The notes beneath the pieces are model-generated. The model saw only the letters and a list, made by a program, of their open reading frames with translations, was not told where the DNA came from and ran no database searches. Shown here one piece after another: positions 18,205 to 27,878 of a DNA stretch of 64,000 nt. The first letter of the stretch is position 1. Each line of letters starts with the position of its first letter. This DNA is from Patescibacteria group bacterium (GTDB lineage Bacteria > Patescibacteriota > Gracilibacteria > UBA1369 > LOWO2-01-FULL-3). The translations under genes and the position numbers were made by a program. The stretch covers positions 363-64,362 of the forward strand of contig JBBTQK010000005.1 in NCBI GenBank assembly GCA_038065735.1, given 5' to 3'.

Positions 18205-19686
18205 ATGAAAAATTTATCAAAGTTTGTTGCGAGTTTTTTATTCTTTATAATTTTAAGTCAGAATGTAATTGCGGAAGATGCGACTTCTGCGGTGCCGGGT
18301 GAAGAAGTACAGTCAGAAGCGGTGGAAACACCAGCGCAGGAAAATTCTCCAGAAGAAGCTGAAAAAGTGGATTTACCAGATCCAAAATTTACAGATATTG
18401 AAAATAGTCAGTATAAAGAAAGTATTATTTCTCTAGCAAAAAAAGGAGTTGTGCAGGGTTATGGAAATGGAGAATTTAGACCTTCACAAACTATTAATCG
18501 TGCGGAATTATTGAAAATTATTTTTGCGGCGATTGCGGCGGATGCTGGAAATTTTGCGGGTGGATGTTTTCCGGATGTGCAGGACGAATGGTTTGCGCCT
18601 TATGTTTGTAAGGCTAAAGAATTGGCTGTAATTCAGGGTTATCCGGATGGTTTATATAAACCTGGGCAGTCGGTGAATATGGTGGAAGCTTTGAAAATTA
18701 CTATCAAGGCTTTTGGTTTTCCTCTGCCAGAATTAAAAGAAGGAGATGTTTGGTACAAGCCGTTTATGACTTTTGCTCATTGGAATAGATTGTTCTCAAA
18801 ATACTCATATACACCGGGTCGTGATGCACGCAGGGATGAAGTTGCTTTTATGGTTGATCAATTATTAGAAGTACAAAGAGAAGAAGAAATTTTGTATGTT
18901 TATAGAGATGTGAGATCGCCTGGTTGTTTTAAGGAGACTGCGCCTGCAATTCCACCAACAAGTTTTAGTGTTGATGGACTCGATAGATCTACAATAACTG
19001 TGATTCCTGAAACTTATTCACCTGGTACACCGTTGTCATTAATTTTTGCTTTTCATGGCAGAACAAACTCAAACACAATGGTTCGTGGTTACTATGGAAT
19101 CGAAAAAGCTGCTGAGGGACAGGCGATTATCGTTTATCCGGCGGGGTTACCAAATGCCGGTGGTTATAGTTGGTCAAATGCTGGAGACAAGTCTGGGGAT
19201 TTACGTGATTACGAATTTTTTGATGTGATGTATAAAGAATTTACGGAAAATTATTGTGTGAATATGGATGAAGTTTATGTGATGGGACATTCTTTGGGTG
19301 CGTGGTTTAGTAATAGTTTGGCTTGTGCTCGTGGAGATAAAATTAGAGCCGTGGCGTCGCTTGGTGGAGCTCGTTCTACAAGTAAATGTACTGGGCCAGT
19401 TGCGGTAATGCAGTGGCATAATCCAAAAGATGAGCAGGCGAGTTTTGCCAGCGCGGAAGCGGCTAGAAACGATTTTATAGCTCAAAATCAATGTTCTAAA
19501 GAGAGTGTTGCGGTGCAGCCAAGTTGGGGTAATTGTGTGGAATATAAAGGCTGTCTTGAAGACGCACCAGTTTTATTCTGCCCACACAATGTAGATACTG
19601 ATTATCGAGGAAGTTACTATCCGCACACCTGGCCAAAAGACACTGGCAAAGAAATGTGGAAATTCTTTAAGAGTTTGGGGGAGTAG
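18205..19686 (+). CDS. secreted SLH-domain protein with C-terminal alpha/beta-hydrolase (PHB-depolymerase/esterase-like) domain
   Basis: 493 aa with a signal peptide, two SLH-like repeats (...GYGNGEFRPSQTINRAELLKII...) and a GHSLG nucleophile elbow. Confidence 0.65.
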   Translation: MKNLSKFVASFLFFIILSQNVIAEDATSAVPGEEVQSEAVETPAQENSPEEAEKVDLPDPKFTDIENSQYKESIISLAKKGVVQGYGNGEFRPSQTINRAELLKIIFAAIAADAGNFAGGCFPDVQDEWFAPYVCKAKELAVIQGYPDGLYKPGQSVNMVEALKITIKAFGFPLPELKEGDVWYKPFMTFAHWNRLFSKYSYTPGRDARRDEVAFMVDQLLEVQREEEILYVYRDVRSPGCFKETAPAIPPTSFSVDGLDRSTITVIPETYSPGTPLSLIFAFHGRTNSNTMVRGYYGIEKAAEGQAIIVYPAGLPNAGGYSWSNAGDKSGDLRDYEFFDVMYKEFTENYCVNMDEVYVMGHSLGAWFSNSLACARGDKIRAVASLGGARSTSKCTGPVAVMQWHNPKDEQASFASAEAARNDFIAQNQCSKESVAVQPSWGNCVEYKGCLEDAPVLFCPHNVDTDYRGSYYPHTWPKDTGKEMWKFFKSLGE

Positions 19687-20560
19687 ATTTCTTGAGAAGA
19701 GAGCTGCAAATTCCACCAATAGTAATTACGATTAAGCCAATTAATTGGTATGGGCTTGGTATTTCTTTGAAGAAAATAATTAAGAAAATTAGACTGAAAA
19801 GTGGGAAAGTCATGAGAATTGAAATAGCCTTGGAAACTTCTAAATGCTTAAGGCCTTTGTACCAAATCGTGTTGGTGAATGCAGAAAGGACGATTCCGTT
19901 GATGAAGATGTAGATCCAGTATTCTTTTGCTGAAGCTAGAAATAAGCTTGAATCTTCGGTGATGAAGCTAAGTGCTAGCAAAAATATTCCTCCAACTGAA
20001 TATCTTATTATCATTAAAGTTTCTGCGGAAATTTCGTTGAGAATTTTTTTGCTGAAATAGTTGCCGAATGGAAAAGTCATTGTACTTAAGAAAATTAGTA
20101 TATCTCCTATGTTTATTCCATCTGGGCTTGATTTAAATAGGATCATAAAGGCACCTGCAAGCACGAGTAATCCGCTGAGCGTTTTATATAAAGTTGGCCT
20201 TTCTCCAAGAAAAGGCATTATGAGCAGTGTGAAAATTATTTCAGAAAGAAGTAGGGCGGCCGTGTTAATACCGGAAGTTAGTTGTGATCCGATGAACAGT
20301 AGAGCTTCTGGGATTGCAGTACCGGTTATTGCTACGATGATGCCTAATTTCCAGCCTCTTTTATTCTTTAATTCTTTTAGACTTTTTTTGAATAGGCTAA
20401 TGATGAATATTGTTATACAGCTAAGCAAAACTGAGCTTGCTGCAAAGAAAATTGGCTGTATATGCTGCGACCCTTTGTTAACGACTATCGGAAACATTCC
20501 CCAGAGTATGGCTACTAGAAAGATTTGTATGGTAGCGATTTTTTCGGATTTTTTTGTCAT
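19667..20560 (-). CDS. EamA/DMT-family transporter
   Basis: 297 aa with about 10 TM helices and the duplicated EamA-like architecture. Confidence 0.8.
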   Translation of the reverse strand: MTKKSEKIATIQIFLVAILWGMFPIVVNKGSQHIQPIFFAASSVLLSCITIFIISLFKKSLKELKNKRGWKLGIIVAITGTAIPEALLFIGSQLTSGINTAALLLSEIIFTLLIMPFLGERPTLYKTLSGLLVLAGAFMILFKSSPDGINIGDILIFLSTMTFPFGNYFSKKILNEISAETLMIIRYSVGGIFLLALSFITEDSSLFLASAKEYWIYIFINGIVLSAFTNTIWYKGLKHLEVSKAISILMTFPLFSLIFLIIFFKEIPSPYQLIGLIVITIGGICSSLLKKSTPPNS

Positions 20561-20755
20561 TTGAGATTTTGTGGAGTGGAATTTTACTAGATTATATCAG
20601 AATTTAGTAAGAGTGATTGATATCGTTGAAAAATGTTTATTTGAAGCCAAAACAAACCTGTTCCATTTTGGAACATACTGCCCAGCTGTTGCAAAAATTG
20701 CAACTGTTCAACTGTAGGATAAGTTTAACTCTCCCCGGGGATTCTTTTGATAATT

Positions 20756-21430
20756 TTACAGCTCGGTCCAATCAATAGTTTTTTTGCCCATGAGCGCTAG
20801 GTATTCGTTGGTTTTGCTGAAGGGTTTGCTACCAAAAAATCCTCTATCTGCGGAAAAAGGTGATGGGTGTGGTGAAGATAAAATATAATGTTTGGATTCG
20901 TCGATAACTTTGCCTTTGTCCTGAGCATATTTGCCCCAAAGGATAAAAACGACGTTTTCTCGATGATCGGAAATTGTTTTGATAACTGCGTCGGTAAATT
21001 CTTCCCAGCCTTTTTTTTGATGTGAACCTGGAGTGTTGGCGCGTACGGTCAAAGTTGCATTGAGAAGTAAAACTCCCTGCCTGGCCCAGTTGTCGAGATT
21101 GCCTTTTGTTGGGCGGTCTACTTTTAGGTCAGCAGCAATTTCTTTATAAATATTTTGCAAAGAAGGTGGTAGTGCAACATCGTCATTAACCGAAAAACTC
21201 AGTCCGTTAGCCTGTTTTGGGCCGTGGTATGGGTCTTGTCCGAGGATGACAACTTTGACTTCTGTGAAAGGGCAGAGTTCAAATGCGCGAAAAATATTTT
21301 TACCTTCAGGATAAATTGTGCCAGTTTTATATTCCTGTTTTACAAATTCTGTCAGTTTTTTGAAATATTCTTTATCGAATTCTTCGTTGAGAATTTTTTG
21401 CCAGGATGGGTGAATTTTTACTTCCGCCAT
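20756..21430 (-). CDS. ung: uracil-DNA glycosylase (family 1)
   Basis: 224 aa with the GQDPYHGPKQANGLSFSV catalytic motif and the HPSPFSA leucine-loop region. Confidence 0.95.
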   Translation of the reverse strand: MAEVKIHPSWQKILNEEFDKEYFKKLTEFVKQEYKTGTIYPEGKNIFRAFELCPFTEVKVVILGQDPYHGPKQANGLSFSVNDDVALPPSLQNIYKEIAADLKVDRPTKGNLDNWARQGVLLLNATLTVRANTPGSHQKKGWEEFTDAVIKTISDHRENVVFILWGKYAQDKGKVIDESKHYILSSPHPSPFSADRGFFGSKPFSKTNEYLALMGKKTIDWTEL

Positions 21431-21562
21431 ATCTTGAAATTAGATGCTGTTTGTATCATAGCGTTTTTTTGCCGATCGCTGAATATAAATTATTGTTTTG
21501 TAATGCAGAATCTTGGCGCCGTCGCGGATTTGTTAAGATTTAGAAAATGTTGTACTTTAGGT

Positions 21563-21580
21563 TTTCGGACCGGTCCGAAA
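21563..21580. promoter_or_regulatory. perfect 18-bp palindrome TTTCGGACC|GGTCCGAAA in a divergent intergenic region
   Basis: The reverse complement equals the sequence itself. It is GC-rich within AT-rich spacer between ung and the ORF at 21681. Confidence 0.4.
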
Positions 21581-21680
21581 GTTGAATTTTACTTCCCCAG
21601 AAACGTGGTCCAATTTAGTTTTGGTCTTTCATGAGCCGTTAGCTGGACTTTTGGCTTGAGTTTTGGGGAAGTTATTAAGA

Positions 21681-22262
21681 ATGTTTAATTCGCCTATGGT
21701 CAAGTTTGCGTTGATGCCTGATGTGTTGTACAATCGTGTCTTTTATCGATTCTTTATGAGGGAGGTGGATGGAAAACAAGGTTTAAGAGATTTTGAATCT
21801 GTAACTCAAGAGATGTTGGAGGCTCTAGTTCCACAGCGTTTTAGGGAAATGACTGAAGCAGAGGGAGCAAATGTTGTGGTTGACATATTGCAACAGGGGC
21901 ATCGTTCTTTGGAGTTTAAGATAGGGAGTTCAGATCAAAGGATGGGTTTAAATATTATTTTAGGTGTAGAGCCTAATCTGGCTAATTCAAATTCTTCTGT
22001 ATGTGTTTACGACTTTGAGCATGGTGACCACGTAAGAGGTCAACATATAGTTATGGAATTTTATTTTAAGCTGGAAGCCATGTTAAAAGAGATGGGTTTT
22101 ACTTATTATTTTGGTGGGGGTAGTGAAAGGAACGTCACTTATTTTACTAATAAATTAGGGAGGCAGAGGACAAGAGCATTGCCAGCTGATGAAATTAGAG
22201 CAATTACAGGTTTTACTGAGGATTTAGCTCTTAGGTATATGACTCACAAAAAGTTGAACTAG
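21681..22262 (+). CDS. hypothetical protein
   Basis: The ORF opens at a TTG at 21663 and the first ATG is at 21681. Coding-like composition, no family recognised. Confidence 0.5.
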   Translation: MFNSPMVKFALMPDVLYNRVFYRFFMREVDGKQGLRDFESVTQEMLEALVPQRFREMTEAEGANVVVDILQQGHRSLEFKIGSSDQRMGLNIILGVEPNLANSNSSVCVYDFEHGDHVRGQHIVMEFYFKLEAMLKEMGFTYYFGGGSERNVTYFTNKLGRQRTRALPADEIRAITGFTEDLALRYMTHKKLN

Positions 22263-22312
22263 CCCTGATTTGTAGATCGTAATATATTGCCTGCGTCTTC
22301 TAATTTTTTATT

Positions 22313-23488
22313 ATGCACAAAAAAATTCTGCTTCTTGGGTCTGGAGAATTGGGTAAAGAGCTAGTGATTGCGCTAAAAAGGCTTGGGCAATATGTGGTGG
22401 CGGTGGATTCTTATAAAAATGCGCCAGCAATGCAGGTGGCGGATGAGTTTGAGGTAATTAATATGTTGGATGGCGAGGCGCTGGACTTTCTTGTGGCAAA
22501 GCATAAACCGGATTTGATAGTGCCTGAGATTGAGGCGATTCGTACGGAGCGTTTTTATGAATATGAAAAACAGGGATACACGGTGATTCCGAGTGCCAGA
22601 GCGGCAAATTATACGATGAATAGGAAAGCGATTCGTGATTTGGCGGCTAAAGAATTGGGAGTGAAAACTGCTAAATATCAGTACGCAAAAAATTTGGAAG
22701 AATTGAAGGCGGCGGTTGAAGTGCTTGGACTACCCTGTGTTGTAAAACCTTTGATGTCTTCTTCCGGTAAGGGGCAGTCTTTTGTACGTACGCAGGAAGA
22801 TATAGAAAAAGCCTTTGATGTAGCTATGGCAAAAGGCAGGGGCGACTACCCAGAAGTGATTGTCGAAGAATTCATCAACTTTGATTTTGAGATTACATTG
22901 CTAACGGTGACGCAAAATAATGATGAGACTGTATTTTGCCCGGCGATTGGTCACAGGCAGGAAAGAGGGGATTATCAGGAGAGTTGGCAGCCTTGTCCAA
23001 TGAGAGATGAGGATTATAAAGCGGCTTGTGAAATTGCGCGTAAGGTGACTGGAGCTTTGACTGGTTCGGGGATTTTTGGTGTGGAATTTTTTGTTGGAAA
23101 GGATGGGGTTTATTTTTCTGAACTTTCACCAAGACCACATGATACAGGGATGGTGACTTTGGCCGGTACGCAAACTTTTACAGAATTTGAATTACATGCG
23201 AGAGCGATTTTAGGTTTACCGATACCGCTAGTTAAGTCTGAACGAGTTGGCGCGAGCGCCGTAATTCTTTGTAATGAAGATAAAGAAGTTGTGCCAGTTT
23301 TTACTGGAATTGAAGATGCTTTGGCGGAAGCTGGGACCGATGTGAGAATTTTTGGCAAACCGATTACGCGCAAATATCGCAGAATGGGAGTGGCACTTGC
23401 TTGGTTGGATACGCTTGAGGCAAATGAGGAGAATATTAAAAATGTGAGGGAAAAAGCTTTTAGGGTGGCGAGTAGGGTTAAACTTTAA
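22313..23488 (+). CDS. purT: formate-dependent phosphoribosylglycinamide formyltransferase (GAR transformylase 2)
   Basis: 391 aa with an ATP-grasp layout. [13 protein letters not shown] at the N-terminus and the SPRPHDTG motif are typical of PurT. Confidence 0.9.
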   Translation: MHKKILLLGSGELGKELVIALKRLGQYVVAVDSYKNAPAMQVADEFEVINMLDGEALDFLVAKHKPDLIVPEIEAIRTERFYEYEKQGYTVIPSARAANYTMNRKAIRDLAAKELGVKTAKYQYAKNLEELKAAVEVLGLPCVVKPLMSSSGKGQSFVRTQEDIEKAFDVAMAKGRGDYPEVIVEEFINFDFEITLLTVTQNNDETVFCPAIGHRQERGDYQESWQPCPMRDEDYKAACEIARKVTGALTGSGIFGVEFFVGKDGVYFSELSPRPHDTGMVTLAGTQTFTEFELHARAILGLPIPLVKSERVGASAVILCNEDKEVVPVFTGIEDALAEAGTDVRIFGKPITRKYRRMGVALAWLDTLEANEENIKNVREKAFRVASRVKL

Positions 23489-23511
23489 TTGAGTTGGCTG
23501 TCTATTTAATT

Positions 23512-23551
23512 CAAAAAAAAGAGACCACTCGATTTTAGTCGAATGATCTCT
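23512..23551 (-). terminator. rho-independent terminator (best on minus strand; may also stop purT)
   Basis: 13-bp stem 23520-23532/23539-23551. The two plus-strand mismatches become G.U pairs on the minus strand, and a U-run follows. Confidence 0.6.
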
Positions 23552-23569
23552 TTTAGTTTTGGTTTAGAA

Positions 23570-23797
23570 TTAAGCCTGAGCTTGTTCGTCACCTGCTTCA
23601 ACAACTTCAACGTTTGTAGCTTTTGGGCCTTTTTCTGAATCGCCCATGTCAAAGCTTACTGTCTGACCTTCTGATAGGTCTTTGATGTTTACTCCATTTA
23701 GCAAGTCGCTATTGTGGAAAAACACGTCTTTGCCTCCTTCTTCTGGAGTGATGAATCCGAAACCTTTTTCGTTGATTCTTTTGATAATACCTTTCAT
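23570..23797 (-). CDS. cold-shock domain protein
   Basis: 75 aa with the KGFGFI (RNP1) and VFFH (RNP2) motifs of the CspA family, plus a short acidic C-terminal tail. Confidence 0.9.
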   Translation of the reverse strand: MKGIIKRINEKGFGFITPEEGGKDVFFHNSDLLNGVNIKDLSEGQTVSFDMGDSEKGPKATNVEVVEAGDEQAQA

Positions 23798-23927
23798 GTG
23801 TAAAAGGTTAAAAAATAAATTCCATTGGTTTGTACTTGGGGAATTTATTCAATTACCTTGGTAGTAGACTAATAGAAATCCTATATTGGCAGAGAATACT
23901 TAATAAGTCAAGGTTATAGTGTGTTTT

Positions 23928-24611
23928 TTATGGACGGTAAATCTTTGTTCTGACGTCTTTAAGGAAATCTGGAAGTAAAAAATATTTATCGCAATCAGGT
24001 GGAATATCGAGCTTTTGTTCGACTATCTCAAAAGGAACTTCTATTACTACGCCGTCTTCTCTTGAGCGATCATCCATACTAAATCCATCTTTTGCGAAGG
24101 TGAGCGCTCTATGTTGATTATGCCTTCCTGTAAAATCTACTGTGTTACTTAGTGTCCCAGGATTTAGTCCATAGGCCATGTTTTGAATATAAAATCTGTT
24201 CTCTGTTGAAGATAATTCAGGTTTCAATAATAGATTTCTGGCCAAAGCACCTCTGTAAATATGGTTTGGTTTTAAATCTGGTGCATTAATTTGTGGAAGC
24301 GTATTTGCAAATGCTGTCGCTAATTTTATTTGTTTATTTTTTAACTCATAACGTTGTTCTATTAATTTTGTTTTTTTAGATCTTACTTCTATTACGGATC
24401 TCCTTTTTCTAAGTAATTCATAAAATTCTTTAGTAGGTTCATCTTCCCGAAGCCCAAGTTCTTGTAATACGGCTAGCCTTGTTGATCTGGTTAAATTTAT
24501 ACTTTCCTCATCGTCTTTTTTGATTTCAGCTTCAATAACTCTGATTTCAGCATCAAGGTCTCTAAATCCTGAAATTATTCCTTGGCGGTTTTCGCTTACT
24601 AATTCTCTCAT
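23928..24611 (-). CDS. hypothetical protein (N-terminal coiled-coil)
   Basis: 227-aa clean ORF. No family recognised. Confidence 0.5.
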   Translation of the reverse strand: MRELVSENRQGIISGFRDLDAEIRVIEAEIKKDDEESINLTRSTRLAVLQELGLREDEPTKEFYELLRKRRSVIEVRSKKTKLIEQRYELKNKQIKLATAFANTLPQINAPDLKPNHIYRGALARNLLLKPELSSTENRFYIQNMAYGLNPGTLSNTVDFTGRHNQHRALTFAKDGFSMDDRSREDGVVIEVPFEIVEQKLDIPPDCDKYFLLPDFLKDVRTKIYRP

Positions 24612-24688
24612 ATATTGTGACAGTGGTTGCTGATTTTACAGCCTGAGATTTATTAGTCAAATAGGCGGACTTGGATAATAAATGCATG

Positions 24689-24710
24689 TTGTAAGTTTTT
24701 TGCTTTAAGC
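24689..24710 (+). promoter_or_regulatory. 22-nt upstream motif TTGTAAGTTTTTTGCTTTAAGC (copy 1)
   Basis: 21/22 identical to 25143-25164. It lies about 50 nt upstream of the PhnA-like gene's ATG. Confidence 0.4.
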
Positions 24711-24758
24711 AGATTTTGGTATACAGTTAATCGCGGATAAATATTACTTTTAAATTTT

Positions 24759-25124
24759 ATGGCTCATTTTGTTTGTAAGGGAGGATGTAAGGGTGTTTCT
24801 GAAGTGGCAGGGTTTTGTGAGGCTGAGGGTTGTGCAAGTCAGTGGCAGATGTTGGAAGAATGTAGCTGCGCTGATGGTAAGCATTTTGCAGAAGGCAATG
24901 ATGCTGATGCAGTTGCTGTGGCAAAAGATAGCAACGGCAATGTACTTCAAGATGGTGATTCTGTAGCGCTAATTAAAGATTTAACCCTGAGAGGTTCTTC
25001 CACTACTTTTAAACGTGGAACCAAAGTTACGAATATCAAATTAACTGGTAATTCTGAAGAGGTTGATTGCAAATTAGATGGATCCGCAATCGTTTTGAAA
25101 ACTTGTTTTTTGAAGAAAATTTAA
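24759..25124 (+). CDS. PhnA-like protein (PhnA C-terminal domain with atypical Cys-rich N-terminus)
   Basis: 121 aa. The C-terminal ...DSNGNVLQDGDSVALIKDL...GTKV...IVLKTCFLKK matches the PhnA domain. The N-terminus carries 7 Cys (CKGGCKG...CEAEGC...CSC). Confidence 0.7.
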   Translation: MAHFVCKGGCKGVSEVAGFCEAEGCASQWQMLEECSCADGKHFAEGNDADAVAVAKDSNGNVLQDGDSVALIKDLTLRGSSTTFKRGTKVTNIKLTGNSEEVDCKLDGSAIVLKTCFLKKI

Positions 25125-25142
25125 ATTGTTTTTCATTCTTAA

Positions 25143-25164
25143 TTGTAAGTTTTTTGCTTTAGGC
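25143..25164 (+). promoter_or_regulatory. 22-nt upstream motif (copy 2)
   Basis: TTGTAAGTTTTTTGCTTTAGGC, about 40 nt upstream of the small ORF at 25204. Confidence 0.4.
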
Positions 25165-25203
25165 GCATCTTAGTGTACGTACTTCTTCCTAAATAAAAAT
25201 AAT

Positions 25204-25350
25204 ATGACAAACCTCAATGATCCTCACCGTCAGGTTGATAAGAAAAAAATGATGCGTGAAGAATTTCACCTAATGCGCCCACCAAGAATGGAAGGTAACG
25301 TGAATCATTTTCAGACTCATCCAGCTAAGAAAGCAAAGAAGAGCAAGTAA
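25204..25350 (+). CDS. possible 48-aa basic peptide
   Basis: ATG...TAA ORF giving MTNLNDPHRQVDKKKMMREEFHLMRPPRMEGNVNHFQTHPAKKAKKSK. Preceded by the repeated 22-nt motif. Not in the track because it is under 60 aa. Confidence 0.3.
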   Translation: MTNLNDPHRQVDKKKMMREEFHLMRPPRMEGNVNHFQTHPAKKAKKSK

Positions 25351-25797
25351 TTATTTTTCAGTGATTTCTTTTAGTTTGTTGAGAGCGTTTGGCCACATGT
25401 CGTCAAACATCTTTGCGAATTCCTGATTCATGTTGGCTTGGATGTCGACCTGAATTTCAGTTTTGCTGTCCACTTCTTTAAAAGTATAGTTTTCATAAGC
25501 GTCTTTCCAATCTGTTACTGATGGATTAGGTTTGCCGGTGTGTATTTCTCCCAAGTGCTCGATAGAAATAAATTCGTAGAGACGGTTGTCTTTTATGCGA
25601 GAAATCATGCCGCCTTCAGTTCCATCTTCATTTGGACCCAAAAACTGGATGTCTGCGCCTTTTTCCCAGCTGCCTTTGTAGTATGAACCTTTACAAAAAG
25701 CCTCCGTCCATTGGCGGTAAGTTGCGTCGTTTAACATAGTTTCCCAAACTTTTTGTTTTGGGGCGTTGATAGTGATTTCGTAATGAAGTTTGATCAT
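25351..25797 (-). CDS. SRPBCC/AHSA1-like domain protein
   Basis: 148 aa. The ...INAPKQKVWETMLNDATYRQWT... start is typical of the Activator-of-Hsp90-ATPase-homologue/START-like fold. Confidence 0.7.
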   Translation of the reverse strand: MIKLHYEITINAPKQKVWETMLNDATYRQWTEAFCKGSYYKGSWEKGADIQFLGPNEDGTEGGMISRIKDNRLYEFISIEHLGEIHTGKPNPSVTDWKDAYENYTFKEVDSKTEIQVDIQANMNQEFAKMFDDMWPNALNKLKEITEK

Positions 25798-25876
25798 ATG
25801 TAGAAAGTTAATATTTAGTGTAATTCAGAGTGTACTATTTTCAGAAGATTCTTCAAATATTACTTCTTTATTCTGA

Positions 25877-27808
25877 GTGTCTTCAGATGCTATATTCTTG
25901 ATCCAAGGTTTTAATAAGAAAATAGTGCGAACAACTCTGAAGAATTATTTTGGGTATGATGAATTTCGGCCTTTGCAGGAGGAGATTATTAATAGTGTGT
26001 TAGCAAAAAAAGATGCCTTGGTTATTATGCCAACCGGTGGCGGGAAATCGCTTTGTTATCAGCTGCCGGCGATTTGTTTGAATGGATTAACCTTGGTGAT
26101 TTCGCCGTTGATTGCCTTGATGAAAGATCAGGTTGATGCCTTAAAGGCGAATGGAGTTTCGGCCGAATTTATTAATAGTTCGTTGTCATCTGAAGAAATT
26201 CTTGAGATTCAGGAAAAAGCAGAAAAGGGGATGATAAAAATTCTTTATGTTGCTCCTGAACGTCTGGCCGTTGAGTCTTTTCGTGATTTTTTGGAAACTG
26301 TTGATGTCCAACTTATAGCCATAGATGAAGCTCATTGTATTTCAGAATGGGGTCATGATTTTAGGCCTGAATATCGCAATCTAAAAAAACTTCGACAGGA
26401 TTTCCCTGATATTCCTCTAATTGCTTTAACCGCTACTGCAACCATAAAAGTACGTAAGGATATTGTTGAACAGCTGAGTCTGCAGAAGGCAAAGATATTT
26501 TTGCGCAGTTTTAATCGTGAAAATCTTACTTACTTTGTACAACCAAAGCAGGAAGTTTTTGATCAGATTAAAGGGCTTTTGGAAAAGCACAAAAATCAGT
26601 CAGCTATTATTTATTGTGCTTCCCGAAAAACTACTGAAGAAGTTGCTAAAAGTTTAAGAAAGGAAAAATTTAATGCTTTTGCTTATCATGCTGGACTTGA
26701 TCAACAAACGAGAAGTGAAACTCAAGAAAAATTTATTCGTGATGAAATTGAGATTATTGTGGCGACTATAGCTTTTGGTATGGGTATAGATAAGCCGGAT
26801 GTGAGGCTTGTTATGCATTATGATTTGCCAAAAAGTCTGGAAGGATATTATCAAGAAACGGGGCGTGCAGGACGTGACGGTTTGGCGAGTGAGTGTGTGC
26901 TTTTTTATTCTTATGGCGACAGAATGAAGCAGGATTATTTTATTAGGCAGATTTCCAAGGAGCATGAACGTTTAATGGCAGAACAAAAGCTTGATCAGAT
27001 GATTGAGTTTTGTGAATTAGATCATTGTCGCAGAGGATATTTGATGAAATATTTTGGTGAAAACTGGGAGACAGTAAACTGTGGAAATTGTGATACCTGT
27101 TTGATTCCAAAGGAGCAGTTTGATGCTACGGAAATAAGTTATAAAATTCTATCTGCGGTGATTCGTACTGGAGAGCGTTTTGGAATTAACCATGTTACTG
27201 ATGTCCTTTTAGGAAAAAGTACTCCAAAAGTAAAAGATCTTGGCCACGAACTTTTGTCTGTTTTTGGTGTCGAAAAGCATTTCCAAAAAGAAGATATAAG
27301 GCATTTTATTCTTGCCTTATTGTCACGTAAATTATTAATCAAAAATGAGGGGAAATATCCAACACTTGCAGTAAGTGAGATGGGCAGGGATTCGCTTAAG
27401 TATAGGGAAAACATTGTGTTGTCCAAACCACCAACTGTTAAGAAAGTAACGGTGAAAAAGGGTAAAACTGATCTCGGATTTGATGCGGGACTTTTTGAAC
27501 AGCTACGTGCTTTACGTAAAGAATTGGCCGACCAAAAAAATGTCCCACCGTTTGTGATTTTTAATGATGTGTCACTGCAGGCAATGTCGCACTACTTCCC
27601 ACAAACTTTGGATAATTTCAGGAAAATTAGTGGCGTGGGAGATATGAAATTAGAGCAATATGGAAAGCAGTTTTTAAAGATAATTGTATCTTACACCCGG
27701 GAACATCAACTCAAGGAATTGGCTATTCCGTTGCGTGAAGTAGGTCAGATGCGCCAGGTTCGTAGGATATGCAAAAAATCAAAGAAATATGGAAGGAAAA
27801 GGTATTGA
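25877..27808 (+). CDS. recQ: ATP-dependent DNA helicase RecQ
   Basis: 643 aa with a GTG start. Motifs: FGYDEFRPLQ, MPTGGGKSLCYQLP, DEAHCISEWGHDFRPEY, a Zn-binding Cys cluster, and a C-terminal HRDC domain. Confidence 0.9.
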   Translation: MSSDAIFLIQGFNKKIVRTTLKNYFGYDEFRPLQEEIINSVLAKKDALVIMPTGGGKSLCYQLPAICLNGLTLVISPLIALMKDQVDALKANGVSAEFINSSLSSEEILEIQEKAEKGMIKILYVAPERLAVESFRDFLETVDVQLIAIDEAHCISEWGHDFRPEYRNLKKLRQDFPDIPLIALTATATIKVRKDIVEQLSLQKAKIFLRSFNRENLTYFVQPKQEVFDQIKGLLEKHKNQSAIIYCASRKTTEEVAKSLRKEKFNAFAYHAGLDQQTRSETQEKFIRDEIEIIVATIAFGMGIDKPDVRLVMHYDLPKSLEGYYQETGRAGRDGLASECVLFYSYGDRMKQDYFIRQISKEHERLMAEQKLDQMIEFCELDHCRRGYLMKYFGENWETVNCGNCDTCLIPKEQFDATEISYKILSAVIRTGERFGINHVTDVLLGKSTPKVKDLGHELLSVFGVEKHFQKEDIRHFILALLSRKLLIKNEGKYPTLAVSEMGRDSLKYRENIVLSKPPTVKKVTVKKGKTDLGFDAGLFEQLRALRKELADQKNVPPFVIFNDVSLQAMSHYFPQTLDNFRKISGVGDMKLEQYGKQFLKIIVSYTREHQLKELAIPLREVGQMRQVRRICKKSKKYGRKRY

Positions 27809-27878
27809 AAGGAGACTAAGGTTTTTTGTGCAAACTGGTTTCCGCTGATGGGCAAGTTCAGAACTCTAAATTGGAGTG

